Origin: Hypanus sabinus
Taxonomy: Eukaryota
Direction: 5' to 3'
DNA length: 64,000 nt
NCBI RefSeq assembly: GCF_030144855.1
Contig: NC_082709.1
Location: 155,558,001-155,622,000 of the forward strand
Of the stretch, positions 63,419-64,000 are shown in pieces. The translations under genes were made by a program, and so were the position numbers. Under the pieces are notes generated by a model. It made no database searches, had not been told where the DNA came from, and saw only the letters and a program-made list of their open reading frames with translations. Every line of letters begins with the position of its first letter. Position 1 is the first letter of the stretch.

Positions 63419-63428
63419 GGAATTCCCC
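63419..63428 (-). promoter_or_regulatory. NF-kB consensus site GGGGAATTCC upstream of the receptor leader exon
   Basis: Exact match to GGGRNNYYCC about 110 nt upstream of the ATG; motif only. Confidence 0.35.
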
Positions 63429-64000
63429 TGCATTTCACAATAACGCTTTGGGAAATGGACACCAAGTTGGAGTTGGTGGTGTTAAATATTTAATCATAGT
63501 GCAATTATTTTCTCCTCTTTGAAGCAAGAAGGAAAGGAAAAAAAAACTCCCTGGTGAAAAATGAGAACTGGAGGTACTCAATGAGTCAGGCAGCATCTGC
63601 GGAGGAAAACTGTAATGAGCATTTCAGGTCAAACTTTTCATTTAGATGGGAAGATAGCCAGTACACAGAGGTGAATCAGAATGTTAAATTAAGCAAAATT
63701 GCTCTCCTAGCCAATAAAGTTGTAAAGGTTATCGTCCATTGGGTGGAAACAGGAATATCTCCTGTTTCCGATGGAATGATCCCAAAAATTGCTGTAATTA
63801 AATTTGTTTGTAGATCCAAATTCAGAACCTTTGATAAAGTTTTAAAGACTTCTTTCCAAAAATTATCTGACTTGATACAAGACTAGAACATATGCGTTAA
63901 AGTAGCCACCTCAATATTACATCTATCACAAATAGGATTAATATTAGAAAAAATGCGAGCTAATTTGTCCTTTGACATATGCACCACCTTCAACTTATCA

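Overview
Repeat-dense vertebrate genomic DNA. The repeat set (CR1, Rex1/Babar, Penelope-like GIY-YIG elements, V-SINE, L1, Gypsy) points to a cartilaginous fish, probably a ray; that is inference. Two spliced immunoglobulin-superfamily genes lie in tandem on the minus strand. (1) A complete 321-aa type I receptor gene (63307 to 56583): leader, a CD28H/TMIGD2-like V domain with a J-like end, a C1-set domain, a TM segment and a tail with an ITIM-like tyrosine. (2) Downstream, three exons (21767 to 7249) of a B7-family V-C-V gene resembling HHLA2/B7-H7, the known ligand of TMIGD2; its leader and TM exons were not identified. The introns hold a very young one-ended Gypsy element (open gag-pol, YLDN reverse transcriptase, no tRNA primer site but a perfect 16-bp LTR-complementary leader) flanked by a 465-bp exact duplication. 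They also hold four solo LTRs with target-site duplications, Penelope-like copies with hammerhead ribozyme motifs, a 3-kb 58-bp minisatellite with a 7-unit higher-order repeat, and many LINE and DNA-transposon relics. All family calls are by-eye motif recognition and comparison with sequences recalled from memory; no database search was run. Boundaries of degraded repeats are approximate.
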